Source: an uncultured Lachnospiraceae bacterium (GTDB lineage: Bacteria; Bacillota; Clostridia; Oscillospirales; CAG-272). From it: a stretch of 64,000 bases of DNA. The notes under the pieces are model-generated. The model had not been told where the DNA came from. It saw only the letters and a program-made list of their open reading frames with translations, and ran no database searches. The stretch's first letter is position 1. Every line of letters starts with the position of its first letter. The stretch lies in the NCBI GenBank assembly GCA_964403505.1, contig CAYOFP010000001.1, forward strand, positions 6,548-70,547, given 5' to 3'. The position numbers and the translations under genes are program-made. Below are positions 11,323 to 20,727 of this stretch, in pieces.

Positions 11323-12255
11323 TTATTTCTTCTTTTTGAAAATAAGTGCGATAACAAGCGCAATTATTGCGACGCCTTCAGCTGTGCAAATCACCCACGG
11401 TGTGTAATTTGCCGTTTCGCTCTTTCGCGGTATGTCATCCGTTTTGTTATCGCTTTCGTCTACTGTGGCGGAGTCACTTCCTTCGTTATCGCTTTCATCA
11501 TTGCCGGTGCTTTCATTTTCTGATGACGTTAGAATTCCTTCTTCCATAAGCACTTTTTCAACATCCGTGTTTTCAGCATCAAATCTGTATTTTGAGCCGA
11601 AATTATCACCATCTACAAAAATATCGCACACTATCCATAAATCATCACTTGCCTGATCCGGAGATTGACATTTATATAAAAGGAAACGAACGGTGCTAAA
11701 GCTTACATATGCAAATCCGCTTTCGCTTACTTTCACGCTTTCGGGTCCATCTATGTATATGCCGCGAAATGCCTTATGGTTAAGATTACGATAGTAAGCG
11801 TTCAAGTATTGAGCTTTCTTTTCAATGAAAACGGGAAATAAGGATATCACTTCTTCTATCGGAGTGTTTTCATATTTGAGGGCATATGCGCTTTTAGAAG
11901 GATCGCATCCGTATAGTGCAGAATGCTCATTTCCGTAATAGGCATCGTACCTATCTGTTACACCTTTATCCCAAAAATAGTAATAGTAGTTCTCTCTTAT
12001 TTCATCCTCGTATTCCTTTGCCTTTTCGAGAATTTCGTCTTTGCTGATGATATATAAATCCCGGTGATCGATGGTATATTCCGAAAGATCATCCTCATAA
12101 TCATCAAAATAAACTTTTAATTCAAACCTATTTAGATAATTATACGCAGATGCAATGGCATTTTTTTCGTCGTCTGTGATTTCAACAGCAAATGGGCAAA
12201 TTGATATCTGGCTTACAATAATAAGCATGATTAACAGTACGGTTAGTTTTTTCAT
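11323..12255 (-). CDS. Type-I membrane-anchored surface protein, unknown function (orphan copy 3; no amidase partner)
   Basis: MKKLTVLLIMLIIVSQISICPFAV... with the same C-terminal anchor. AGGAGA RBS precedes the ATG at 12255. The first ~60 nt of the 3' end are identical to copy 2. Confidence 0.8.
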   Translation of the reverse strand: MKKLTVLLIMLIIVSQISICPFAVEITDDEKNAIASAYNYLNRFELKVYFDDYEDDLSEYTIDHRDLYIISKDEILEKAKEYEDEIRENYYYYFWDKGVTDRYDAYYGNEHSALYGCDPSKSAYALKYENTPIEEVISLFPVFIEKKAQYLNAYYRNLNHKAFRGIYIDGPESVKVSESGFAYVSFSTVRFLLYKCQSPDQASDDLWIVCDIFVDGDNFGSKYRFDAENTDVEKVLMEEGILTSSENESTGNDESDNEGSDSATVDESDNKTDDIPRKSETANYTPWVICTAEGVAIIALVIALIFKKKK

Positions 12256-12355
12256 TGTTTTTCTCCTATACATTTATTTCTTATTTTTGAAAACAAGTGT
12301 GAATATGTTGCCTTCATATATATAGACGTAAAATAATCGCAAAGGTTACATAATA

Positions 12356-12384
12356 ATTGTAAATAAAATCCAATAAATTGTAAA
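12356..12384 (-). promoter_or_regulatory. Candidate promoter of the orphan small gene (TTTACA-17 nt-TACAAT)
   Basis: Minus strand reads TTTACAatttattggattttattTACAAT. Confidence 0.45.
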
Positions 12385-12504
12385 TACTACGTATTTTACA
12401 AAAACGCAGGCAAAAAATGTACAAATTCACCAAATCAGCAAATACTTGAAATAGAAAAAAACGATGATATAAAAAAGCACGATTTTCATACAGTTTACAA
12501 ACTC

Positions 12505-12533
12505 TTGAATTTTTTTCATTCCCGTAGTATAAT
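12505..12533 (+). promoter_or_regulatory. Promoter of the sugar-phosphate isomerase gene (TTGAAT-17 nt-TATAAT)
   Basis: Plus strand reads TTGAATttttttcattcccgtagTATAAT, about 25 nt upstream of the GAGG RBS and the ATG at 12559. Confidence 0.55.
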
Positions 12534-12558
12534 AGACGGGCGAAACGAGGTATATATT

Positions 12559-13446
12559 ATGGAAATAAGCATAAGAACTGCCGAGGTGATGAAAAGGCTC
12601 GGCGACAGGAAGGGGCTCGAGCTGCTCTCCGAGGCAGGCTTTACCGCCCTCGACTACGGCATGGATCAGCATCCGCTTCATTGCGAGTTATATGACGGCC
12701 CTATCGAGAATTTCGATCGGTATTTTGAAAATATAAAGCATATGTGCGATGAGCTGGGACTTAAGGTAGGTCAGGCGCACTCCCCGTCCCGCACGTTTTA
12801 TAACGACCCCGAAACGGACGAGTATGTATTCGGCCTGCAGGTCAAGTCGATCCGTGCCTGCGCGATTATGGAATGTCCCTATATCGTCATTCACCCGAAT
12901 ATACCGAGCATCCGTAAATACGACATTTATAAAGAGGAAACAAAAGAACTGAACATGCGCTTCTATTCCCGTCTGCTTCCCTATCTGAAGGAATACGGCG
13001 TGAAGCTCGCGATAGAAAACATGTTTCATTTCGATGAAAAGATAGGGCGTATCTGCCCGACGGTCTGCTCTTCCGCCGAGGAAATGATAGATTTTATCGA
13101 CACATTAAACGACGAGCATTTTGTCGCCTGTCTCGATATCGGACACTGCAATCTGCTCTCTGACCCTGCAGAAATGCTGCGCAAGCTCGGCTCGTACACG
13201 AAGATTCTGCATATCCACGATAACAACGGTATCTCCGACCAGCATATCGCCCCATACCTCGGTACGATCAAATGGGATGAGGTCCTGCAGGCGATGCACG
13301 ATGTCGGCTACGACGGTACATTCAATTTAGAAACCGAGAAAATGTACTCATACAGTCATTTCTTTGAGTGTTCAATACGAGAAACGGTATTTTCGCTTGC
13401 GAATATATGCCGTGAAATGGCCGCAAAACTCGAAAATATCAAATAA
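12559..13446 (+). CDS. Sugar phosphate isomerase/epimerase family protein (xylose isomerase-like TIM barrel)
   Basis: MEISIRTAEVM..., with IENM, DIGH and HIHDN motifs typical of the AP_endonuc_2/TIM-barrel family. The start is set at the ATG that has an RBS, not at the ORF-track ATG at 12505, which overlaps the promoter. Confidence 0.8.
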   Translation: MEISIRTAEVMKRLGDRKGLELLSEAGFTALDYGMDQHPLHCELYDGPIENFDRYFENIKHMCDELGLKVGQAHSPSRTFYNDPETDEYVFGLQVKSIRACAIMECPYIVIHPNIPSIRKYDIYKEETKELNMRFYSRLLPYLKEYGVKLAIENMFHFDEKIGRICPTVCSSAEEMIDFIDTLNDEHFVACLDIGHCNLLSDPAEMLRKLGSYTKILHIHDNNGISDQHIAPYLGTIKWDEVLQAMHDVGYDGTFNLETEKMYSYSHFFECSIRETVFSLANICREMAAKLENIK

Positions 13447-13461
13447 AAATAAAAAAACTAT

Positions 13462-13490
13462 TGATTTTTCTATTTAGTTATGATATGATA
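13462..13490 (+). promoter_or_regulatory. Candidate rpsT promoter (TTGATT-17 nt-TATGAT), giving a ~105 nt leader
   Basis: Hexamers read directly from the sequence. Confidence 0.45.
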
Positions 13491-13600
13491 TTACGGTAAA
13501 AAAGAAAAGTGTCGGGCTGACGACCCTCTCAGTGTCATGCCCCGAGGCTGCATTATCATCGGTGTTTAACCCACGCCGACATTCAAACGGGAGGTTTAAG

Positions 13601-13864
13601 ATGGCTAATATCAAGTCCGCTAAAAAGCGTATCAAAGTCAACCTGACAAAAGCAGCGCAGAATAAGGCAGTAAAGACTTACTACAAGAATGCATGCAAAA
13701 AGCTTGACGCTGCAGTTGCTTCCGGCGACAAGAGTGCCGCTGACGCAGCATATAAGGCTGCTGTTATTGCGACAGATAAGGCTTGCAACAAGGGCATTAT
13801 CCACAAGAACAAGGCTGCAAGAAAAAAGAGCCAGTTCACAAAAGCTATCAACAAGATGGCGTAA
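13601..13864 (+). CDS. rpsT: 30S ribosomal protein S20
   Basis: MANIKSAKKRIKVNLTKAAQNKAVKT..., 87 aa, lysine/alanine-rich with the canonical S20 N-terminus. GGAGG RBS. Confidence 0.95.
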   Translation: MANIKSAKKRIKVNLTKAAQNKAVKTYYKNACKKLDAAVASGDKSAADAAYKAAVIATDKACNKGIIHKNKAARKKSQFTKAINKMA

Positions 13865-13879
13865 ATCAAACGCAAATCA

Positions 13880-13909
13880 AACGGCACGGTTTTAACCGTG
13901 CCGTTTTTG
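13880..13909 (+). terminator. Rho-independent terminator of rpsT (bidirectional)
   Basis: AACGGCACGGT-ttta-ACCGTGCCGTT followed by TTTGT. Confidence 0.8.
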
Positions 13910-14698
13910 TTATACATTTAATACATTTGTATAAAACCTTTGCATGATCTCTGCAAACTCTCCATGTGTGATCTCACGCTCAATCTCATAAATTCCATTG
14001 TTGTCCGCTTCTATTATGTCAAAATTGACAGCCCACGCATAACAGTCGTTTACATCCTCCGTTAGCGCACCATGAATCGAACTGTGATAGGCTGCAATTA
14101 TTTTGAGCTGTTTTTTAAAACACTGCGTATTAAATATGTCTATTTCTCTTGCTCCGCCGTGATCGATCAGGTTAAAATCTGCTTCCGTCCCGCAGTCAAG
14201 CGCTGCATACTTTGCATAGTTATAAAGACCGTATACAACCTCAGCATAAGGAATTTTTATGTCGTCTATATATATCGATTGCGGTATCTGCGGGTCGGCA
14301 TTCTCTGCTGCTTCCCTCTCAGCTTTCGTCAGCGGTCTATTAACTCCCTGTTTTATTTTTATATCAAATGTCATACCGTTGCAGGCTGTAAACATACACG
14401 CATCATAGTAAAATGCGCCCTCGTCTGTCTGTATCAGCTTATAGTTTTTTTCGACATCGGGCTCGCCTGCCAATTTATATAAAAGTGCGGCAAACTCACG
14501 CCTCTCAAGTGACGAATCGGAATCAAAGTACCCGATATATTCATCAGGAAACAGTTTATTCTCATTGACAAATCTTTCGGCCTCGGTTAAATCTTCGGTC
14601 TTATAATAGGAAGCCTCATCTTTGCTTTCCGTCTTTGCGGCACAAGAAACCAAAAGTAAAAGCGAAATTATAAAAAACACCGATAATATTTTCTTCAT
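13910..14698 (-). CDS. Lipoprotein, unknown function
   Basis: 262 aa. Signal peptide with the lipobox LLLVSC (MKKILSVFFIISLLLLVSCAAK). Confidence 0.7.
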   Translation of the reverse strand: MKKILSVFFIISLLLLVSCAAKTESKDEASYYKTEDLTEAERFVNENKLFPDEYIGYFDSDSSLERREFAALLYKLAGEPDVEKNYKLIQTDEGAFYYDACMFTACNGMTFDIKIKQGVNRPLTKAEREAAENADPQIPQSIYIDDIKIPYAEVVYGLYNYAKYAALDCGTEADFNLIDHGGAREIDIFNTQCFKKQLKIIAAYHSSIHGALTEDVNDCYAWAVNFDIIEADNNGIYEIEREITHGEFAEIMQRFYTNVLNV

Positions 14699-14885
14699 AA
14701 TATACCTCCAACCTTTTTTTATATTATATCACACAAAAATCAACTAGTGAATATATTGATAAAAAAATCTATATTTTTCATATAAATGCACACTAAAATT
14801 ATATATTTCACAAAATCAATTACCAAAAGCAAAACAATTCACTAAAATTTATTACATATCCTAACAAAAACTGTCAACATGATGC

Positions 14886-14914
14886 ACGGCACGGTTTCAA
14901 ACCGTGCCGTTTTT
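14886..14914 (+). terminator. Terminator-like hairpin, a near copy of the rpsT terminator
   Basis: ACGGCACGGTTT-caa-AACCGTGCCGT then TTTT. It lies between the lipoprotein gene and the araC-family gene. Confidence 0.5.
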
Positions 14915-14920
14915 ACGTTA

Positions 14921-15763
14921 TTACACATCACTGCCTTTTGTAATATGCGTGCGCTCTTCCCGCCCGGCAGGGCTTTCGCCGAAGCGTGCCCGATAGCTCC
15001 GATAAAACGATGAATAATCGCCGAATCCGCACGAGGCAGCGGCATGAGACGCAGGAACGCCTGTGCGGATCTGTTCACGCGCTGCCATCAGTCGCTTGAT
15101 ACGCACGTATTCCATCACTCCCGAGCCGGTGGCGGAACGAAAAACACGGCAGAGCTGGGAACGGCTCAGGTAAAAATGCGATGCAATATCCGCAAGCGAC
15201 AAAGGCTCGCACAGGTGATCGTTAATATAGCGCACGATCTGCGCCGTCCGCCCGGATGCGGTGTCTCCATCGGGTGAATATGTGCATGCCGCATCGGAAA
15301 GAAGGAGCAGCATACGGGATAACAGCGCCGTGCGGAGCAATGCGTCCGATTCGTCCTGCCGAAATTCATCTAAAAAATCGAAAAAACTCCCGTCAGCCAT
15401 TGTGCGCAGGCGATAACGGTTGTTAACGCCGAGGGGTCTGTCGAAAAACAGCGAGGAAAGCGTCCCCGACGGGTCGAAAGAGGAAAGAAACCCGGTTTTG
15501 ACATTAAATACCGCACGTTCATACGGAAGCTCCGGCGAGATCTCAAGCATATGCGCCTCCGCCGTGCGCATGAGCAAAACATCGCCCGGGCGCAGCGGAT
15601 AGACCGTTCCCTCGATGTGATAATTCCCACGCCCACGCAAAAAACAGTAGATCTCGGGATCTCTGTGCGCATGCATCACAAAGCTTTGCGGCTCGGGATG
15701 CTCGGTCCGTTCCCTGAAAAATGAAAAATCCCCGTCGGCGTAATGAAATGTACTTTCTTTCAT
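14921..15763 (-). CDS. AraC family transcriptional regulator (cupin sensor domain plus HTH)
   Basis: 280 aa. N-terminal cupin-like region and a C-terminal AraC HTH (YINDHLCEPLSLADIASHFYLSRSQLCRVF...FGDYSSFYRSYRARFGESP). Divergent from the sugar operon. Confidence 0.9.
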   Translation of the reverse strand: MKESTFHYADGDFSFFRERTEHPEPQSFVMHAHRDPEIYCFLRGRGNYHIEGTVYPLRPGDVLLMRTAEAHMLEISPELPYERAVFNVKTGFLSSFDPSGTLSSLFFDRPLGVNNRYRLRTMADGSFFDFLDEFRQDESDALLRTALLSRMLLLLSDAACTYSPDGDTASGRTAQIVRYINDHLCEPLSLADIASHFYLSRSQLCRVFRSATGSGVMEYVRIKRLMAAREQIRTGVPASHAAASCGFGDYSSFYRSYRARFGESPAGREERTHITKGSDV

Positions 15764-15876
15764 ATGTAGATATATCTCCTGCGTTTTGTTTATTGTATCA
15801 CATCATGCGACAAAATACAATGTAATTGCAAATATTTGCTATTTTATTGCGATTTGTTCTGTGCTACAATGGAAAC

Positions 15877-16725
15877 ATGAAACAATTTATTTTAAGTGCA
15901 TTTTCAGACGAGGCAGGCACGGATTTAGAAACACAAATTGCCGCCCTGCACCGCAATCACATCGACGGCATGGAGGTACGTGGCGTTGACGGCGTCAATA
16001 TCGCCGACTTCACGCCCGAGCGTGCGGCAGAGCTGCACAATATCCTGTCTCAAAACGGCATCCGGGTATTCAGCCTCGGCTCTCCGATCGGAAAAATTGC
16101 CCTGACCGACGATTTTACGGCACATACAGAAAAATTCAAACGGCTGATGCAAACTGCGCATCAGTTAGACGCAAAAAAGATCCGCATCTTCAGTTTTTAT
16201 GTTGACGATGCCGAACAGCGCTCAGCTGTGCGCAATACGGTTATCGAACGCCTTGGCATACTGCTCGAACTCGCCCATGCGGAGGAGATTACCCTCTGCC
16301 ACGAAAATGAGCGTGGAGTGTACGGCGAATCAGCGGCTGACTGCCGCACGCTCGCCGATGCCCTGCCGGATCTCAAGCTGGTTTTCGATCCGGCAAATTT
16401 CGTCCTCGCAGGGCAGGAGATCCGCCCGGCGTGGGAGCTGCTCGCCGACAGGGTCGACTACCTGCATATCAAAGATGCTCTGCCGGACGGCCGCACTGTT
16501 CCGGCAGGAAAAGGCGACGGCGAGATCCCCTATCTGCTCGGCGAATTTACCGCACGAGGCGGAGTTCACCTCACGCTCGAGCCGCACCTGCATGTATTTA
16601 GCGGCCTCGCATCACTTGAGAGTAGCAATTCCACGCTTGATGTAAACGCAGGCTATCCTTCACAAAGCGCTGCATTTGATGCCGCGAGTAACGCACTACA
16701 TAACTTAATAAGGAGTATATCATGA
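15877..16725 (+). CDS. Sugar phosphate isomerase/epimerase family protein (TIM barrel)
   Basis: MKQFILSAFSDEAG..., with the HENE and HIKD motifs of the family. The start is chosen at the internal ATG at 15877. Confidence 0.8.
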   Translation: MKQFILSAFSDEAGTDLETQIAALHRNHIDGMEVRGVDGVNIADFTPERAAELHNILSQNGIRVFSLGSPIGKIALTDDFTAHTEKFKRLMQTAHQLDAKKIRIFSFYVDDAEQRSAVRNTVIERLGILLELAHAEEITLCHENERGVYGESAADCRTLADALPDLKLVFDPANFVLAGQEIRPAWELLADRVDYLHIKDALPDGRTVPAGKGDGEIPYLLGEFTARGGVHLTLEPHLHVFSGLASLESSNSTLDVNAGYPSQSAAFDAASNALHNLIRSIS

Positions 16726-17465
16726 AAATCGGAGCACAACTCTACACCGTCCGGGATTTCTGCAAAACACCCACAGAGCTCGCAGATAGCCTGAAAAAGA
16801 TCGCAGACATCGGCTACACTACCGTTCAGGTATCCGGCACCTGCCCCTATGAACCGGCGTGGCTGGCACAGGAGCTAAAAGCAAACGGCCTTTCCTGCCC
16901 GATCACCCATTACGATAAAGAACGGATCGCAAACGAACCGACCGCCGTTGCACAGGAGCACAGCGTCTTCGGCGCAGACTACATCGGCGTCGGCTATTAT
17001 GAGTTAGGCAGCGTGGAAAAGGTAGAAGAATTTCTTTCCACGTTTGGCAAAGCGATGAACACATTTCCCGAAACGGGCAAAAAACTCATGTACCACAACC
17101 ATGATATGGAGTTCACCAATAGAAACGGTGAGGTTATGCTGCAGTTGCTTGCTGATAAGAGCGATCCCCGTGCGCTCGGATTCACCCTCGATACCTTCTG
17201 GGTGCAGTCGGGCGGCGGCGACCCTGCATGGTGGTTACACAACCTCGCAGGGCGGGTAGACTGCGTGCACTATAAGGATTTCTCCTATCCGCACCAGATG
17301 CGTGCGGTCGGTGAAGGCAATCTGAACTTCGACGCGATCCTCGCCGCATCCCATGACGCAGGAGTCAAATACGCATTTGTCGAGCAGGACGACTGCAACG
17401 GCGACGACCCGTTCGACTGTTTGAAACGCAGCTACGAATACTTAAAAGCCTGCGGCTTAAGTTAA
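16722..17465 (+). CDS. Sugar phosphate isomerase/epimerase family protein (TIM barrel)
   Basis: 247 aa. 4-nt overlap with the upstream gene. YHNHDMEF and HYKDF motifs. Confidence 0.8.
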   Translation: MKIGAQLYTVRDFCKTPTELADSLKKIADIGYTTVQVSGTCPYEPAWLAQELKANGLSCPITHYDKERIANEPTAVAQEHSVFGADYIGVGYYELGSVEKVEEFLSTFGKAMNTFPETGKKLMYHNHDMEFTNRNGEVMLQLLADKSDPRALGFTLDTFWVQSGGGDPAWWLHNLAGRVDCVHYKDFSYPHQMRAVGEGNLNFDAILAASHDAGVKYAFVEQDDCNGDDPFDCLKRSYEYLKACGLS

Positions 17466-17478
17466 TAAGGAGTTATCA

Positions 17479-18615
17479 ATGGAAAAAATTCGTTTAGGTA
17501 TCATTGGATACGGCTATATGGGCGGAGCGCATCACGCAAATATCCTGCGCGGTGACTGCCCCGAGATTACGGTAACGGCTGCCGCCGACATCGACCCGGA
17601 AAAGCTGACACAGGCAAAAAAAGCGGACAGCGAGATCGCCTGCTTTGCCACGGCAGAGGAGCTGATGGATAGTGGCACAGTCGACGCAGTGCTCATCGCC
17701 GTTCCGCACTATGACCATCCCCGATACGCCATCGAAGCAATGCGCCGAGGGCTGCATGTCATGGTCGAAAAGCCGGCAGGCGTCTACACCGCACAGGTAC
17801 GGGAAATGAATGACGCCGCAAAGGACGCAAACGTCGTTTTCGGCATGATGTTCAATCAGCGCACCAACTATATCTACCGCACGATGCGTGAGATAATACA
17901 AAGCGGAAAATACGGCGAGCTGCGCCGCACTAACTGGATCATCACCGACTGGTACCGTCCGCAGGCATATTACAGCTCTGCCGACTGGCGTGCGACCTGG
18001 TCGTGCGAGGGCGGCGGCGTACTCTTAAATCAGGCACCGCATCAGATCGATCTGTGGCAGTGGATCTGCGGTATGCCCGTTCGAGTAAGTGCGAAAATGC
18101 AGTTCGGCAAATGGCACGATATCGAGGTAGAGGATGATGTGAGCGCATATGTCGAGTACGAAAACGGTGCGACAGGAGTGTTTGTCACGACCACCGGAAA
18201 CCCCTGCGGCTCCAACCGGTTTGAAGTACAGTTAGACGGTGCAAAACTGCTCGTTGAAAATGGTCAGCTGCACGTATGGGAGGTAACGCCCCGAGAATCG
18301 GAATTTACCAAAACCAATACGGCTAAGTGGGGCTGCCCCCCGAACCGTGAGCTCGAGCTCGATCTCACTCCGGATAATCCTCAGCATGTCGGCGTGCTCA
18401 ACGCCTTTGCCGATGCGATCCTGCACGGCGGCACGCTGATCGCCGACGGTGCGGAGGGCATCAACGCTCTGACCCTCTCCAATGCAATGCACCTGTCCGC
18501 ATGGACGGGCGAAACGATCGACCTGCCACTCGACGAACAACGTTATTACGACGAGCTGATGAAGCGGGTCGCTGTCTCACGCAAAAAGCCGCTCAGTCCT
18601 GCGGCAATGCGCTGA
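17479..18615 (+). CDS. Gfo/Idh/MocA family oxidoreductase
   Basis: N-terminal Rossmann motif IRLGIIGYGYMG, then EKP in the MVEKPAG motif. 378 aa. Confidence 0.9.
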   Translation: MEKIRLGIIGYGYMGGAHHANILRGDCPEITVTAAADIDPEKLTQAKKADSEIACFATAEELMDSGTVDAVLIAVPHYDHPRYAIEAMRRGLHVMVEKPAGVYTAQVREMNDAAKDANVVFGMMFNQRTNYIYRTMREIIQSGKYGELRRTNWIITDWYRPQAYYSSADWRATWSCEGGGVLLNQAPHQIDLWQWICGMPVRVSAKMQFGKWHDIEVEDDVSAYVEYENGATGVFVTTTGNPCGSNRFEVQLDGAKLLVENGQLHVWEVTPRESEFTKTNTAKWGCPPNRELELDLTPDNPQHVGVLNAFADAILHGGTLIADGAEGINALTLSNAMHLSAWTGETIDLPLDEQRYYDELMKRVAVSRKKPLSPAAMR

Positions 18616-18632
18616 TATACTATAAATAAAAA

Positions 18633-18664
18633 ACTGCAAGGAATCTCATATCCTTGCAGTTTTT
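18633..18664 (+). terminator. Bidirectional rho-independent terminator
   Basis: ACTGCAAGGA-atctcata-TCCTTGCAGT, flanked by an A6 run and a T4 run. Confidence 0.8.
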
Positions 18665-18685
18665 GTAGTATAGAAACATCAAATC

Positions 18686-19966
18686 TTATACCATATACTT
18701 TCTCAGCACCTCACGGCGTGTGAACAATGACGGGAGTTCTTCAAAATACGCACCGAAAGGCTTGATCAGGTCGTGCACGAGCAGTGCATCCTCCTTCGTG
18801 CCTTTTTTGAAAAGACCGTTTTCGGTACACCACAGCATTGCGCCGTAGTAGTTCGAGAGGCGCTTGCCTTTTTTGCGTATTTCCTCAATTCGCCGCCCGA
18901 CCGACCATTCACGGGGAGCGACGAGCATCGCAAGCTCGCCTGCCGTCATGATTTCATCGGGTTTCAGCGTGTTATCCGAATATGCTATTGCGTGCTTCTT
19001 TATAAGAGAAGCGAATTTTTCATAATCGGGGTCATCCCTTCCTACATCGGCAAATTCGGAATACTCGAGCAGTTCATTCACCGTCACGATCTTATATCCT
19101 GCCTTCGTGAGGATATCGAGCTGACGCTCAAGACCGAAAGCGACCGGCGTGCGCTTCGCCATATTATAGCCGTCCTTCTGGAATATGATCTGACCGCAGA
19201 AAAAGTCAGCATCTTCCTCTATTTTCCGCTTGATCGGCTCTGTCATCTCGGCAACTTCACTTTCTATATCAGACGGGAGCCACCCTGCGCCGTCAAAAGA
19301 CGCCGCCATATACTGATAACCCATGACGGCATATGCATCATAGCTCGTAAAACCGCCGTCTATCTTATCAACGTAATGGGGCGGACGCGACATGGTGATC
19401 TTATAGTTATATTTTTCAAGCAACATACTGTCAAGACGGGAAATATCGGAAACAACCTCGTCAATGCCGTTGAAATGTACACGCTTTCCGTACACAAACG
19501 GCTTTTTGCCGAATATGATATGCCGATATCCGTGATTTGTCACCTGATGGCCGCCCTCTATCATACGGCGGACAAATTCGCCCTGATGTTCCACGCCTGC
19601 ACAGGCGTCTTTTTTATAATCGGGATAATGATCGTATCGGACCCCTCCCCACGAGGGAGAGCCGACAGGTCCGCACGCATCGGGATAGTTATCGCCCGTA
19701 TAACCGATGACGTCAAACGTTCCCTTTGCGCCGTATTTATCAAGCGTGTCGAGCAGAACGGAAGTCAACGGCTTATCGCCGTGCTCCACACCGCTGAAAG
19801 CCGACGGCACGCACGGCATGTTCATCGGTCCGTCATCAAATGTCATCGCCGCCACACGCTCTTTTGTCTTGACACGCTCGATGCGCCTTACATAAGAAAC
19901 GCACGGCTTTTCCTTTGGCATGATATATTTTTTGAGCTTCTTTCCTATTCTTACAACCGTTGACAT
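18686..19966 (-). CDS. Polysaccharide deacetylase (NodB homology) family protein with a ~130 aa C-terminal extension
   Basis: MTFDDGP motif and HGYRH motif. AGGAGA RBS precedes the ATG at 19966. It overlaps the upstream gene's stop by 16 nt. Confidence 0.85.
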   Translation of the reverse strand: MSTVVRIGKKLKKYIMPKEKPCVSYVRRIERVKTKERVAAMTFDDGPMNMPCVPSAFSGVEHGDKPLTSVLLDTLDKYGAKGTFDVIGYTGDNYPDACGPVGSPSWGGVRYDHYPDYKKDACAGVEHQGEFVRRMIEGGHQVTNHGYRHIIFGKKPFVYGKRVHFNGIDEVVSDISRLDSMLLEKYNYKITMSRPPHYVDKIDGGFTSYDAYAVMGYQYMAASFDGAGWLPSDIESEVAEMTEPIKRKIEEDADFFCGQIIFQKDGYNMAKRTPVAFGLERQLDILTKAGYKIVTVNELLEYSEFADVGRDDPDYEKFASLIKKHAIAYSDNTLKPDEIMTAGELAMLVAPREWSVGRRIEEIRKKGKRLSNYYGAMLWCTENGLFKKGTKEDALLVHDLIKPFGAYFEELPSLFTRREVLRKYMV

Positions 19967-20727
19967 TTCTTATTTTCTCCTCTGAAAAATGCACCTGCCT
20001 CACGCAGTGCGCATACACCGAAATAAAGGATAGCGGTAACTTTTTTTCGCAATCCGTCTTTTCTCTTACGCCTTTTGATCCATTGGCTTTTCGCCATATT
20101 CATGCGGTTAACACAACCGCCGTATAGTTTCACTCTGCCTGCCAAGATCTCGTCCCTTATGCCGTCCGCACTCTCGCACTCGGCCTCGAGATACGCCATG
20201 CCGTACTCGGACGGCATATGCCCGTCGCTTCCGCATGTCATGGGCAGAGACAGCTCCGATGCGATATCACGGGCGAGCTCATTTGCATTATGGCGTTTAT
20301 TTACCGCACGGCAGTTAAAGCCCTCGATGCAGTCAAGATACTTCCGGGACGCCCGGATACCCTCGGATATCTCCTCCACGTTCCGGGATGTATACTCATA
20401 CGGATGGGCAAGGATACAGATACCGCCGTATTTATGAATAATATTTGCCGCCTCGGCAAAACCGCATTTCTTGCCGTTGTAGGACGGCTTTTCAAAGCCG
20501 CTCATGAATGCACCGAGCAGATGCCCTCTGTCGGTCGTGAATTCCACCCCGGGGATAAAAGTCACCCCGCCAATCACCGTCACGGTATCTATGCCGAATG
20601 TATCGTGATCTGTCACGACAGCGCAGTTTAACCCTCTGCGCACAAGGTTCTTTGCTATCACCGAAAGCAGGGTGCGGCTGTCCATCGACTGCTCGGTGTG
20701 TATATGCATATCAATCCTGTATGTCAT
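19951..20727 (-). CDS. PHP domain-containing metal-dependent phosphoesterase
   Basis: IDMHIHTEQSMDS N-terminus, later VVTDHD and AHP motifs. 258 aa. Confidence 0.85.
   Translation of the reverse strand: MTYRIDMHIHTEQSMDSRTLLSVIAKNLVRRGLNCAVVTDHDTFGIDTVTVIGGVTFIPGVEFTTDRGHLLGAFMSGFEKPSYNGKKCGFAEAANIIHKYGGICILAHPYEYTSRNVEEISEGIRASRKYLDCIEGFNCRAVNKRHNANELARDIASELSLPMTCGSDGHMPSEYGMAYLEAECESADGIRDEILAGRVKLYGGCVNRMNMAKSQWIKRRKRKDGLRKKVTAILYFGVCALREAGAFFRGENKKCQRL

Noticed and set aside
12505-12558. ORF-track start at 12505 for the sugar-phosphate isomerase
   Set aside because: That ATG overlaps the -35 hexamer of the gene's own promoter. The ATG at 12559 has a GAGG RBS and begins the conserved domain.
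13491-13600. A ribosomal-protein leader/autoregulatory RNA upstream of rpsT
   Set aside because: A ~105-nt leader with some GC-rich pairing exists. I cannot match it to any known leader family or show conserved structure from a single sequence, so it is left unreported as a feature.
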